NCBI GenBank assembly: GCA_964651385.1
Contig: CAZYYM010000001.1
Location: forward strand, 8,688-72,687
Origin: an uncultured Gammaproteobacteria bacterium
GTDB taxonomy: Bacteria > Pseudomonadota > Gammaproteobacteria > GCA-001735895
DNA length: 64,000 nucleotides
Reading direction: 5' to 3'
Below the pieces are notes generated by a model. The model worked only from the letters and a program-made list of their open reading frames with translations, searched no databases and had not been told where the DNA came from. Made by a program: the position numbers and the translations under genes. Numbering within the stretch: the first letter of the stretch is position 1; every line of letters begins with the position of its first letter. Positions 39,658 through 48,752 of the stretch are shown here, piece after piece.

Positions 39658-42084
39658 ATGATGCTTCGATTTGATCGTTTTCTACGCTGGCTTCTATTTA
39701 TATGGGTAAAAGTGGAAGTATACCCGCGTGAAAACCCACCCTACGACCTGGACCCAAACGCTCGTACCCTCTATGTACTTGCCGACCGTGGCTTGAGCGA
39801 TTTGCTGGTTTTGACGCAAGTATCCCGTCAATTCAATTTGCCGAATCCACTGCAACGAATTTCGCTTCCCGGCAGCTTTAATTACCACTCGGTATACAGC
39901 ATTGCTTCGCGTAATCCGCTAACTGGCTGGCTACGTCGTCGCAAAAGCCATTCAAACCTGTTACAGGATTTCATCGATGTCCTGCAATCCGGAAAGCCAT
40001 TCAAATTGCAGATCGTACCGGTCTCTGTCTATTGGGGACGACCGCTTGCCAAACAAAAACACTGGCTTCAGGTACTTTTCGCCGATACCTGGGCGGTTGC
40101 CGGAAAAATTCGCAAATTTCTGACGATTCTGATTCATGGTCGCAATACCCGCTTACTGTTTTCCCAGCCGATCAAATTTGAGACGCTGGCAGGTGACTGT
40201 GAATTCTCGGCCGATCAAGTTCATAGTTATCTATTAACACAATTAAGCCGACAGCGAGAGGCGACATTCGGCCCGGAAGTAGATAGACACAAAGCGCTTA
40301 GCATTGCTGTACTGAATAGCCCGGTCGTGCAATCGATTATCCAACAACAAGAAGGAGACAGGCTTGCTGATCGGGAAATGAAACGTGCACAGCGCTACTG
40401 CAAAGAGATTTTTGCCAACTGCACACAGATGACGATCGAGTTGATGTTACGTCTGCTCAATCAATTCTGGAAACGTTTCTATGACGGCATCGAAACCTAT
40501 AACACGGGTACCCTGAAACAAACCGCGCTAACCCATCAACTGGTTTATGTACCCTGTCATCGCAGCCATATCGATTATCTATTGCTGTCTTATGTTATTT
40601 TTTCCGAGAATCTGGCGATTCCTTATATCGCTGCCGGAAATAACTTAAACCTGCCCCTGATCGGCCGCATTCTCCGCGGTGGTGGGGCTTTTTTTATGCG
40701 CCGAAGTTTCAAGGATAATCCGCTTTACAGTGCCATTATGCGCGCATATGTACAGCAATTGATTGCACTGGGTGCGCCCATCGAATACTTTGTTGAGGGC
40801 GGCCGTAGTCGCACTGGTAGATTGCTGCAGCCAAAACTTGGCATGCTTGATATGACCGTCGATGCCTATATCAAAACACAATCCAGACCACTGGCATTCA
40901 TACCCGTTTATATTGGATACGAAAAGCTCATTGAGGGACGCTCCTATCTCGGCGAACTTTATGGAAACCAGAAAAAAAGCGAGTCATTTTTTGGCGCTCT
41001 TACAGCAATCTTTCGTTTAAGAGGCCACTTTGGCCAAGTCACAGCCAGTTTCGGGGAACCGATAGTACTATCCGAAGTACTCGGTCAGACGCAAGTAGAC
41101 TGGTCCAGCCGTGCCGCTGAAATTGATCAAAGTCCAGAATGGTATCGCAGCGCAATAAAACAGTTATCCCGCAAAATAATGGTCGGAATTAACAACGCCA
41201 GTATCGTTAACCCGGTCAATATGATCGCGACAATATTATTAGCGACGCCCAGACAAAGTATTGACAAAAAAGAACTGCTCGAGCAGTCGATTCTTTACAG
41301 ACAATTGATTGAATCTACCGATACGCTTAACAGCGTGCGTTTTGTCAGTGATATTGGCGAGGATCTAATCAATCAAATGGTAAAGCAGAACGTGATCAAT
41401 ATTCACCATCACGAACTCGGAGATATTGTCTTCCTCAAGCCCGAAGATTCGGTTTTGATGAGCTACTATCGCAATAACAGCCTGCATGTTTTTATTATAC
41501 CTGCACTGATTGCCTGTTGTTTCGACAATACCTCCAGAGTTTCCATGAGCAAAATTGTCGGCATTATTCGCGTCCTCTATCCCTTTCTGAAAGCGGAGCT
41601 ACACCTGGAGTGGGAAATCGGAGAACTCGAGAACCTTGTAGAGAAATTTGTAATTACTATGGTTAATCTGGATTTACTACGCGAGGGGAAAAATGGTTTA
41701 CGTCGCCCCGAGCGCAGTGCCAGACGTTTTCTGGATTTGCACCGGCTAGTGTTAGTCGTACAGCCGATACTGGAACGTTACTACATGACCTTTATTGTTT
41801 TGTGGCAGTCGGCTAAAACCCCCATGCGAGAAGCCGATCTGGAACAGCGCTGCCATATACTGGCTCAGAAAGTTTCAATGTTACACGGCGTCAACGCACC
41901 CGATTTTTTTGATCGAGTGTTATTCCGGCATTTTATTGATACGATGATTAAACTGGATTATCTTATGGAAAATGAGGACGGGACTTTAGTATTTTCTCAT
42001 GCTTTTGAGCATATCAGTCTCGACATACGCAGTCTTCTTAGTTTCGAAGTACGTTGCACCATTCTGACGATGATTCGACAATAA
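39658..42084 (+). CDS. plsB: Glycerol-3-phosphate 1-O-acyltransferase
   Basis: 808 aa with the VPCHRSHIDYLLL (HX4D) and FFVEGGRSRTGR motifs. Confidence 0.9.
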   Translation: MMLRFDRFLRWLLFIWVKVEVYPRENPPYDLDPNARTLYVLADRGLSDLLVLTQVSRQFNLPNPLQRISLPGSFNYHSVYSIASRNPLTGWLRRRKSHSNLLQDFIDVLQSGKPFKLQIVPVSVYWGRPLAKQKHWLQVLFADTWAVAGKIRKFLTILIHGRNTRLLFSQPIKFETLAGDCEFSADQVHSYLLTQLSRQREATFGPEVDRHKALSIAVLNSPVVQSIIQQQEGDRLADREMKRAQRYCKEIFANCTQMTIELMLRLLNQFWKRFYDGIETYNTGTLKQTALTHQLVYVPCHRSHIDYLLLSYVIFSENLAIPYIAAGNNLNLPLIGRILRGGGAFFMRRSFKDNPLYSAIMRAYVQQLIALGAPIEYFVEGGRSRTGRLLQPKLGMLDMTVDAYIKTQSRPLAFIPVYIGYEKLIEGRSYLGELYGNQKKSESFFGALTAIFRLRGHFGQVTASFGEPIVLSEVLGQTQVDWSSRAAEIDQSPEWYRSAIKQLSRKIMVGINNASIVNPVNMIATILLATPRQSIDKKELLEQSILYRQLIESTDTLNSVRFVSDIGEDLINQMVKQNVINIHHHELGDIVFLKPEDSVLMSYYRNNSLHVFIIPALIACCFDNTSRVSMSKIVGIIRVLYPFLKAELHLEWEIGELENLVEKFVITMVNLDLLREGKNGLRRPERSARRFLDLHRLVLVVQPILERYYMTFIVLWQSAKTPMREADLEQRCHILAQKVSMLHGVNAPDFFDRVLFRHFIDTMIKLDYLMENEDGTLVFSHAFEHISLDIRSLLSFEVRCTILTMIRQ

Positions 42085-42093
42085 ATCGTCAGC

Positions 42094-42486
42094 CTAATAT
42101 TTACCTGTAAACTGGCGAATTTTTCGTCGTTCCTGTTTATTCGGTTTATAGTCGCTGGAAGGTCTCTGCAAGGCAGCAAGTTTATGTTTTTCAGTTTCGC
42201 GTTGCCGTTGTAATCGGCTGGCTTCGGTCTCTTCATAGAGTGTCTGAGCGATAACCGCCGAACTACGCCGGCCACTTATTCCGGTGACGATGACTTCAAA
42301 TCGGTCATAGCCACGATTGATCTGATAGCAGTCGCGCAACTTAACCGGTCGTGACGGCTTGATACGCTGTCCATTTAAATGCACTTTGCCACCGTTAACC
42401 GCAATAGTCGCCAGTGCCCTGGTCTTGAAAAAACGAGATGCCCATAGCCATTTATCGAGGCGCGTTTTTTGTTCAGAATTGGTCAA
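42094..42486 (-). CDS. hslR: Ribosome-associated heat-shock protein Hsp15 (S4 domain)
   Basis: 130 aa with RLDKWLWASRFFKTRALA and a basic C-terminal tail. The TTG start lies 3 nt after the upstream stop. Confidence 0.85.
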   Translation of the reverse strand: MTNSEQKTRLDKWLWASRFFKTRALATIAVNGGKVHLNGQRIKPSRPVKLRDCYQINRGYDRFEVIVTGISGRRSSAVIAQTLYEETEASRLQRQRETEKHKLAALQRPSSDYKPNKQERRKIRQFTGKY

Positions 42487-42489
42487 TTG

Positions 42490-43716
42490 TTAAATCTGCA
42501 ATATTTGCTGCATGTCATCGATTTCCGCTTTCGCCTGCCTGTAAAAATCGAACCCGCGTTCATCGACATTAAGTAGATCGAGTTTATCAACAATAGGTAT
42601 CTGCTCAATGACGATTGAATCGTCTAGTTGACTGGTTTCTTGCAGGAATAAAAGCCGTGCTGCGCTAACGATGTCAACATAGTCAACAGGCTGGCCGGTA
42701 TCGCGATACCAGTTATCGGATGACTCGACAACCTTTAGGAAATCATCGCCAAAATTCCAGTGCTCAAACATGATACGACTAATCGGAACGTTGAGGTTGA
42801 TCAAACTCTTATTCAGGGATTGCGTATTGCTGATTAACCCCGGATTTTCGTCGATGTATTTTAAAATTGGGATGATGCCAAGTTTGTGCAATAACCCGGC
42901 TAGCAATGCCTGTTCCGGATCGAGATGACTGGCACGGCTAGCGGTAATGACATAGGCTAACGCGGATACCTGGATACTTTCTTCATACAAGTGCCGGATT
43001 AGCTGCTTAATCAGCGTTGATTTTGCATGAAATAACTGTCGAACACAAAGGCTGAAACTCAGGCTACGTGTGGTTTCCTGACCGAGCCTCCTTACCGCAT
43101 CCCGTACGCTTTTTATTTCACGCCAGGTTCCATAAAGCGGGCTGTTGGCGACCTTTATCAGTCGAGCGCTCAGCGTTGGATCGGTTTGAACAATCCGAAT
43201 GATTTCCGCACTATTGACATCCGATTTATTAATTGCCCGCCTGATCTTAAGCGCCGCTTCAGGGAGGGCCGGCAACTGTAGTTGATCAGATTGTAACGCC
43301 TTTCTGATCCGTTCGAATAATCGCTGCTCTTCGCGTTGTAACTGGGCAGGGCTAATTTCTCCATTCTTTACATCACGCTGCTTAAACAAATCATCGAATA
43401 ATTCGCGATCAATTTTAAGAACAGCGCCATGACTGGTGAATAGCGCAGCATCCCCCTCTTTATCTTCGTCAAACAAAATCGATAACCCTCGGCGATCTAC
43501 GTGGGTGAAGCTTTCGATAACAAACCCACTGGAAAGCAGCGAAATTTCACCTTCGAGCAGATAGATAATTTTTCCCGGTTCCGAAACAATTAGCGTATTC
43601 GGTGTCACTGATTTAGCGACGGCATTGTGGAAAAGGTAGTCACGATCGTTACGACTTAACTCGCAAAGGGGTTCCAGTTTATCCCGGCGCGAGTATAACT
43701 TTAATAATTCATCCAT
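42490..43716 (-). CDS. HDOD-domain signalling protein with N-terminal cyclic-nucleotide-binding-like beta-barrel
   Basis: 408 aa. Residues 30-120 or so (GKIIYLLEGEISLL ... AVLKIDRELF) look cNMP-binding-like. The central and C-terminal part (LPALPEAALKIRRAI ... LLHKLGIIPIL) is HDOD-like. Confidence 0.7.
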   Translation of the reverse strand: MDELLKLYSRRDKLEPLCELSRNDRDYLFHNAVAKSVTPNTLIVSEPGKIIYLLEGEISLLSSGFVIESFTHVDRRGLSILFDEDKEGDAALFTSHGAVLKIDRELFDDLFKQRDVKNGEISPAQLQREEQRLFERIRKALQSDQLQLPALPEAALKIRRAINKSDVNSAEIIRIVQTDPTLSARLIKVANSPLYGTWREIKSVRDAVRRLGQETTRSLSFSLCVRQLFHAKSTLIKQLIRHLYEESIQVSALAYVITASRASHLDPEQALLAGLLHKLGIIPILKYIDENPGLISNTQSLNKSLINLNVPISRIMFEHWNFGDDFLKVVESSDNWYRDTGQPVDYVDIVSAARLLFLQETSQLDDSIVIEQIPIVDKLDLLNVDERGFDFYRQAKAEIDDMQQILQI

Positions 43717-43760
43717 ATTTGGCGAATTCTGTTTATTTGCATCGTCTTATATAGCATAGC

Positions 43761-44762
43761 TTAGGCGTAACATTTACGTATATGTTTCATCACACGATCA
43801 GCCATCGAAAAACCGCTTAAAACGGCACCTTCAATTCGTGGCGCAGTACACCAATCACCGCAGGCACCGATTCCAAGCTCTTCGACAAAAAGCGAATCTT
43901 CATTGATAGGATTAATGGGTGTCGCATTTTTCCAGCAATGCACTGCTGCCGATATGGGTTGCTGTTCGGGCAAATCTGTTGCTTCCCAGAAGGCATCCAG
44001 TAAAGCATGCATTACCCTTCCTCTGAAACTCGCTATATACCGCTGTGACCATTCAGGCGACGCATGCAATACCCAACAATCAGCCTCCGAATCCGGACTG
44101 GCATGCGGGTGTCGACAAATCCATGATAGCGGGGAATCGAGTACCTGGGCGGCATCGTAAGGTATATCGAGTTTGTCTTCGAATGCAAACATACCACTCC
44201 AGCAGGCCGTCATTTCTATATTTTCGGCTGGCTTCCTGATTTGCGGCACATGACACAATGATGCTGCCTCATGCGCCGCAGTAGCCAGAATAACAACATC
44301 GAAAGCGCCGAGATAGTTTCCCCGTTCATTAAATAATCGCCATCCCCCGTCACTTTGCTTTTCTATTTCGCAAATATTGCTGGAATGTACGATATCGCAA
44401 TTTCTGGCCAGGCTTTCCACTATGATCTGCATTCCCGGATATCCAACAAATCTTTGAGTGGTCATATCAGTATTGCTAATCTGGCCTTTCTGCAATTCGA
44501 CTAGCCAGGCATCCCAGGGACGTACGATATTATCTGCCTGCCACGCAGATATAATATTCGAGAACAAGGGGTTACTGACTGTGAAAAATTGAGCACCGTG
44601 ATTAAACTCAAAATTTCCTGCTCGAAAGAGACTGATTCTACCGCCGGGAAATATACTTTTTTCGAAAATTTTGAGGTTGGGTACTAGACCTTTCAAAGCT
44701 GTACCGCAGGTTAATCCGGCTAGCCCGGCTCCAATGATTGCAATCGATGGTTCTACCGGCAT
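43761..44762 (-). CDS. NAD(P)/FAD-dependent oxidoreductase (renalase-like, COG3380-type)
   Basis: 333 aa with an IAIIGAGLAGLTCG dinucleotide-binding N-terminus and a C-terminal GDWC motif. Confidence 0.75.
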   Translation of the reverse strand: MPVEPSIAIIGAGLAGLTCGTALKGLVPNLKIFEKSIFPGGRISLFRAGNFEFNHGAQFFTVSNPLFSNIISAWQADNIVRPWDAWLVELQKGQISNTDMTTQRFVGYPGMQIIVESLARNCDIVHSSNICEIEKQSDGGWRLFNERGNYLGAFDVVILATAAHEAASLCHVPQIRKPAENIEMTACWSGMFAFEDKLDIPYDAAQVLDSPLSWICRHPHASPDSEADCWVLHASPEWSQRYIASFRGRVMHALLDAFWEATDLPEQQPISAAVHCWKNATPINPINEDSLFVEELGIGACGDWCTAPRIEGAVLSGFSMADRVMKHIRKCYA

Positions 44763-44770
44763 ATGCAGGT

Positions 44771-45202
44771 TTACATTGCGGGGAAATCACCGGCATATTG
44801 GGATATCCATTCTTTTGCCGCTTCTTCAGTGCTGAGAACGCGTCCTTCTACAGCCTTGATTTGTTTGCGATAATGTTCGATATGACAAATTTGTTCGATC
44901 ATTCTCAAGCGAAAAACTTCATTTGATCTTGTAAATTCGAGACCTATCTCGTATCCGTTTGTAGCCTTTTGACACCAAACTACCCAACCCTCAAGAAAGT
45001 TATTCCGCTTGACCAGCGGTATGCAAACTCGTACTTTTTGCAGTATATCGAGTGGCTGGGTTGATACAAACGATAGGCCACCCAAACTGACGTTTGTGAG
45101 TGTCGTATCATCATTATCATCCTCCACCCGATCCAGTTCGACCTGGATCGGCACATCGGAAGGATGGCGGATATATTTACGTACCGACTTACTTTTTGGC
45201 AA
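44771..45202 (-). CDS. PilZ-domain c-di-GMP receptor candidate
   Basis: It has RKYIR (RxxxR) and NVSLGG (D/NxSxxG) motifs. The track ORF (to 45334) would overlap htpG by 146 nt. The only plausible start downstream of that is TTG at 45200-45202, so the start is uncertain. Confidence 0.6.
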   Translation of the reverse strand: MPKSKSVRKYIRHPSDVPIQVELDRVEDDNDDTTLTNVSLGGLSFVSTQPLDILQKVRVCIPLVKRNNFLEGWVVWCQKATNGYEIGLEFTRSNEVFRLRMIEQICHIEHYRKQIKAVEGRVLSTEEAAKEWISQYAGDFPAM

Positions 45203-47090
45203 TGGACACCAGCATTTTGTTGAGTTTCGCAACAAAACTGGCCGGATCCTCGAGTTGACCACCTTCGGCCAGTAATGCCTGATCGAATAATATATCAGAC
45301 CAGTCGGCAAACTTCTTCTTGGATTTTTCACCATCGAGCTTTTTCACGATCGGGTGATCGGGATTGATTTCGAGAATCGGCTTCGAACTCGGCATGGCGT
45401 GCCCGGCTTCCTTGAGAAGTCGTTGCATGTGCATGGCCATATCCTGTTCATTGAGTACGATGCAGGCGGGCGAATCGGTAAGTCGATTGGTGACGCGCAC
45501 CTCTTCAACCTTATCTTCGAGTGCTTTGTTCATGCGTTTTATCAATTTTTCGGAAGACTTCGCCTTTTCCTCGAGTTCTTTTTCAGACTCTTCATCTTTT
45601 CCCAGATCAAGTTCGCCCTTGGCGACCGATTGAATCTTCTTGCCTTCGTATTCGTTCAGGTGTGAAGTCAGCCATTCATCAACACGATCCGATAACAGTA
45701 ATACCTCTATACCTTTCTTTTTGAAAATTTCGAGATGCGGGCTATTTTTCGCGGCTGAATGTGAATCGGCGGCTATGTAATAAATCTTGTCCTGACCTTC
45801 TTGCATACGGCCTATATAATCATCAAACGAAACTGATTGGGCTTCATCACCGGTATCAGTGGTTGCAAATCGCAACAATTTACCGATTTTATCCTTATTG
45901 CCAAAATCTTCGGCAGGCCCTTCTTTCAATACCTTGCCAAACTCATCCCAGAACTTTTGATATTTTTCGGGATCATTCTTCGCAATTTTTTCGAGCATAC
46001 TCAACACTTTTTTGACCGAACCACTGCGAATGTTGTCGATTATTTTACTACCCTGTAAAATTTCGCGAGACACGTTCAGCGGTAGATCATTGGAATCGAT
46101 TAAACCCCGCACGAAACGCAGGTAACGTGGCATCAGCTTTTCGGCATCTTCCATAATAAAGACACGTTGAACATAGAGTTTGACACCGTGTTTTGACTCG
46201 CGATCATAGAGGTCGAATGGTGCCCGCGCGGGAAGGTAAAGCAAAGAGGTATATTCGGTTGTACCTTCGACGCGATTGTGACTCCAGTCGATCGGGTCTT
46301 CGTAATCGTGTGCCACATGTTTGTAGAACTCTTTGTATTCCTCATCCTTGATATCGCCTTTGGCGCGCGTCCATAGTGCTGACGCCTGGTTGACGGTTTC
46401 CTCTTCTATCACAGTTTCGCCACCCTCTTCCTCGGGTTCGATGGTTTTATCCATCACCACGGGAAAGTCGATATGATCCGAATAGGAGGTGATAACTGAT
46501 CGCAGTTTCCAGTCATTGAGAAAGTCGTCTTCGTTTTCGCGCAACTTCAATGTGATCTCGGTACCACGCCCTGGCTTATCGATAGAACTGATGCCGTATT
46601 CACCTTTACCGGTCGAAATCCATTCCACACCATTTTCGGTCGAATCACCGGCCTTACGCGTTTTCAATGTAACTTCTTCAGCAACAATGAATGAGGAGTA
46701 AAATCCGACACCGAACTGACCGATTAAATTGGCATCGTTCTTTTCGTCTCCCGTTACCGATTCCAGAAAAGATTTTGTGCCTGACTTGGCGATTGTGCCA
46801 ATATTGTCGATAACTTCCTCGCGCGTCATTCCGATACCATTATCCTTAACCGTAATCGTACGATTTTCCTTGTCATAACTGACTTTAATCTTTAACTCTA
46901 TGTCGTCTTCGTACAGACTCGCATCCGACACTGCGGTAAAACGAAGTTTGTCGCAGGCATCCGAGCCATTTGAAATCAACTCGCGTAAAAATATATCCTT
47001 GTTCGAGTACAGAGAATGGATCATTAAGTCCAGCAATTGATTTACTTCTGTTTCGAAGCCGCGAGTTTCCGCATTGGCTGTTACGGTCAT
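45189..47090 (-). CDS. htpG: Molecular chaperone HtpG (Hsp90)
   Basis: 633 aa with a GHKL ATPase N-terminus, [14 protein letters not shown]...GQFGVGFYS. Confidence 0.95.
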   Translation of the reverse strand: MTVTANAETRGFETEVNQLLDLMIHSLYSNKDIFLRELISNGSDACDKLRFTAVSDASLYEDDIELKIKVSYDKENRTITVKDNGIGMTREEVIDNIGTIAKSGTKSFLESVTGDEKNDANLIGQFGVGFYSSFIVAEEVTLKTRKAGDSTENGVEWISTGKGEYGISSIDKPGRGTEITLKLRENEDDFLNDWKLRSVITSYSDHIDFPVVMDKTIEPEEEGGETVIEEETVNQASALWTRAKGDIKDEEYKEFYKHVAHDYEDPIDWSHNRVEGTTEYTSLLYLPARAPFDLYDRESKHGVKLYVQRVFIMEDAEKLMPRYLRFVRGLIDSNDLPLNVSREILQGSKIIDNIRSGSVKKVLSMLEKIAKNDPEKYQKFWDEFGKVLKEGPAEDFGNKDKIGKLLRFATTDTGDEAQSVSFDDYIGRMQEGQDKIYYIAADSHSAAKNSPHLEIFKKKGIEVLLLSDRVDEWLTSHLNEYEGKKIQSVAKGELDLGKDEESEKELEEKAKSSEKLIKRMNKALEDKVEEVRVTNRLTDSPACIVLNEQDMAMHMQRLLKEAGHAMPSSKPILEINPDHPIVKKLDGEKSKKKFADWSDILFDQALLAEGGQLEDPASFVAKLNKMLVSIAKK

Positions 47091-47132
47091 ATCTATTTAT
47101 CTCCAGAATAAAGGCTAATGTTAACGGCCTTA

Positions 47133-47160
47133 ATATGTGGTCTGACAATAGTGATTCAAG
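47133..47160 (-). promoter_or_regulatory. Sigma-32 (RpoH)-type heat-shock promoter for htpG
   Basis: The minus strand reads CTTGAA-tcactattgtcaga-CCACATAT, against the consensus CTTGAA-N13-15-CCCCATnT. The -10 element ends about 40 nt upstream of the htpG ATG, and a GGAG SD follows. Confidence 0.6.
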
Positions 47161-47694
47161 TACTTAACAACGCAATGACAGCATTTACTAATTGAAAGTC
47201 TGAATGGGGAAAGTATTGTGTCATTATTTTTACAAGTGTCAGTTGCAGGAGGTTATAACGACAGTCTTCGAGAAGCCACTGAGGCGTCTTTTCTGTGGTG
47301 AAATGAATAGTTAAACCCAATCCACTCGCGTCAGGCATCGCTGAGTTCAACAGATGATTGTGCAGTTCTCACGATGGCGTTAATAATTCATCGGGAAATG
47401 TGTGGAAATCAGCTGGATAAGGAAATACAGGCTACCCCTGAGAGCAAAAATCACCGCTGCCTCCGGGTAAATTCGACGGCGTAAAAATAACAATCGAGTT
47501 TCCTTCCTCTTCGGTTTTATTATTGGATAGCAGTACCTCACATCTTCAATAGCGGTACGAGTTCAATCACCAAATATAATTCGATCATTTTATGAAAATA
47601 GACAGAATAAATTAGTCATGAGTCCTTTATACTGCGATATATTATAGCGAAGAGAACATGTAGTACCCTTATTTGAAACAGAGAGGACAAATAA

Positions 47695-48738
47695 ATGAAT
47701 ATCCATGAAAGCATTCTAGGCACCATTGGTAATACCCCGGTGGTCAAAATTAACAAACTGGCGCCCGATCATGTCAACCTGTACGTTAAAATTGAAGCTT
47801 TTAATCCGATGGGCTCGGTCAAAGATCGACTCGCACTGGGCATTATCGAAGATGCCGAGAAAAGCGGTACTCTTAAGCCCGGACAAACCATAGTTGAAGC
47901 AACTAGCGGCAATACGGGCATCGGTCTGGCGATGGTCTGTGCACAAAAGGGATATCCTCTGGTGATTACAATGGCGGAAAGTTTCAGCGTCGAAAGGCGT
48001 AAACTCATGCGTTTTCTTGGTGCCAAAGTGGTATTAACGCCTGCACCACTAAAAGGTAGTGGCATGGTTCAGAAAGCACGTGAGTTGGCGGAAAAGCATG
48101 GCTGGTTTCTCACCCGCCAGTTTGAAAATGAAGCCAATGCGAATATGCACTCGAATACGACTGCGCCTGAAATTCTAAGCGCTTTCGATGGCATTAAGCT
48201 CGATTACTGGGTTACTGGATACGGCACCGGTGGCACTTTAAAGGGCGTTTCGCGCATCTTGAAGGAATCCAGTCCGGAGACCAAAATTGTGGTTTGCGAA
48301 CCCGAAGCTGCGAGCTTGATCAACAGCGGTATCGAGCAAAAACAAAACGAGGACGGATCACCTGCGGAAAGTCACCCCGGATTCAATCCGCATCCCATCC
48401 AGGGCTGGACGCCGGATTTCATACCCAAGTTGGCCAGCGATTCTATTTCTTCTGAAAATATTGATCAGGTGCTTACGGTTAGTGGTCCGCGGGCATTTGA
48501 GTGTTCACGTAATCTGGCAACTCAGGAAGGCATCTTTGTTGGCGTCAGCGCCGGTGCTACACTCGCAGCCGGTCTGGAGGTCGCCAAATCGGCGCCGCAG
48601 GGAAGCAATATCCTGTGCATGTTACCGGATACTGGCGAGCGTTATTTATCGACACCGCTATTTGAGCATATCGATGCTGAAATGTCTGAGGAAGAAATAC
48701 AGTTATCGGCATCAACGCCAGCCTGTCAGTTTGATTAA
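47695..48738 (+). CDS. cysK: Cysteine synthase A-like PLP enzyme (long form)
   Basis: 347 aa with NPMGSVKDR (PLP lysine), TSGNTGIGLA and HPIQGWTPDFIP. It is about 30 aa longer than canonical CysK, with an internal insertion and an acidic tail. Confidence 0.75.
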   Translation: MNIHESILGTIGNTPVVKINKLAPDHVNLYVKIEAFNPMGSVKDRLALGIIEDAEKSGTLKPGQTIVEATSGNTGIGLAMVCAQKGYPLVITMAESFSVERRKLMRFLGAKVVLTPAPLKGSGMVQKARELAEKHGWFLTRQFENEANANMHSNTTAPEILSAFDGIKLDYWVTGYGTGGTLKGVSRILKESSPETKIVVCEPEAASLINSGIEQKQNEDGSPAESHPGFNPHPIQGWTPDFIPKLASDSISSENIDQVLTVSGPRAFECSRNLATQEGIFVGVSAGATLAAGLEVAKSAPQGSNILCMLPDTGERYLSTPLFEHIDAEMSEEEIQLSASTPACQFD

Positions 48739-48752
48739 CCCGGATCGGAAAA

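Noticed and set aside
45354-46058. Cluster of + strand ORFs (67-103 aa) inside htpG
   Set aside because: They are antisense to htpG, mutually overlapping and rich in F/L/S. They are shadow ORFs.
47156-47350. 64-aa TTG-start ORF upstream of htpG
   Set aside because: It uses a non-ATG start without an SD, and its 3' end overlaps the sigma-32 -35 element. There is no supporting motif, so I did not call it as a CDS.
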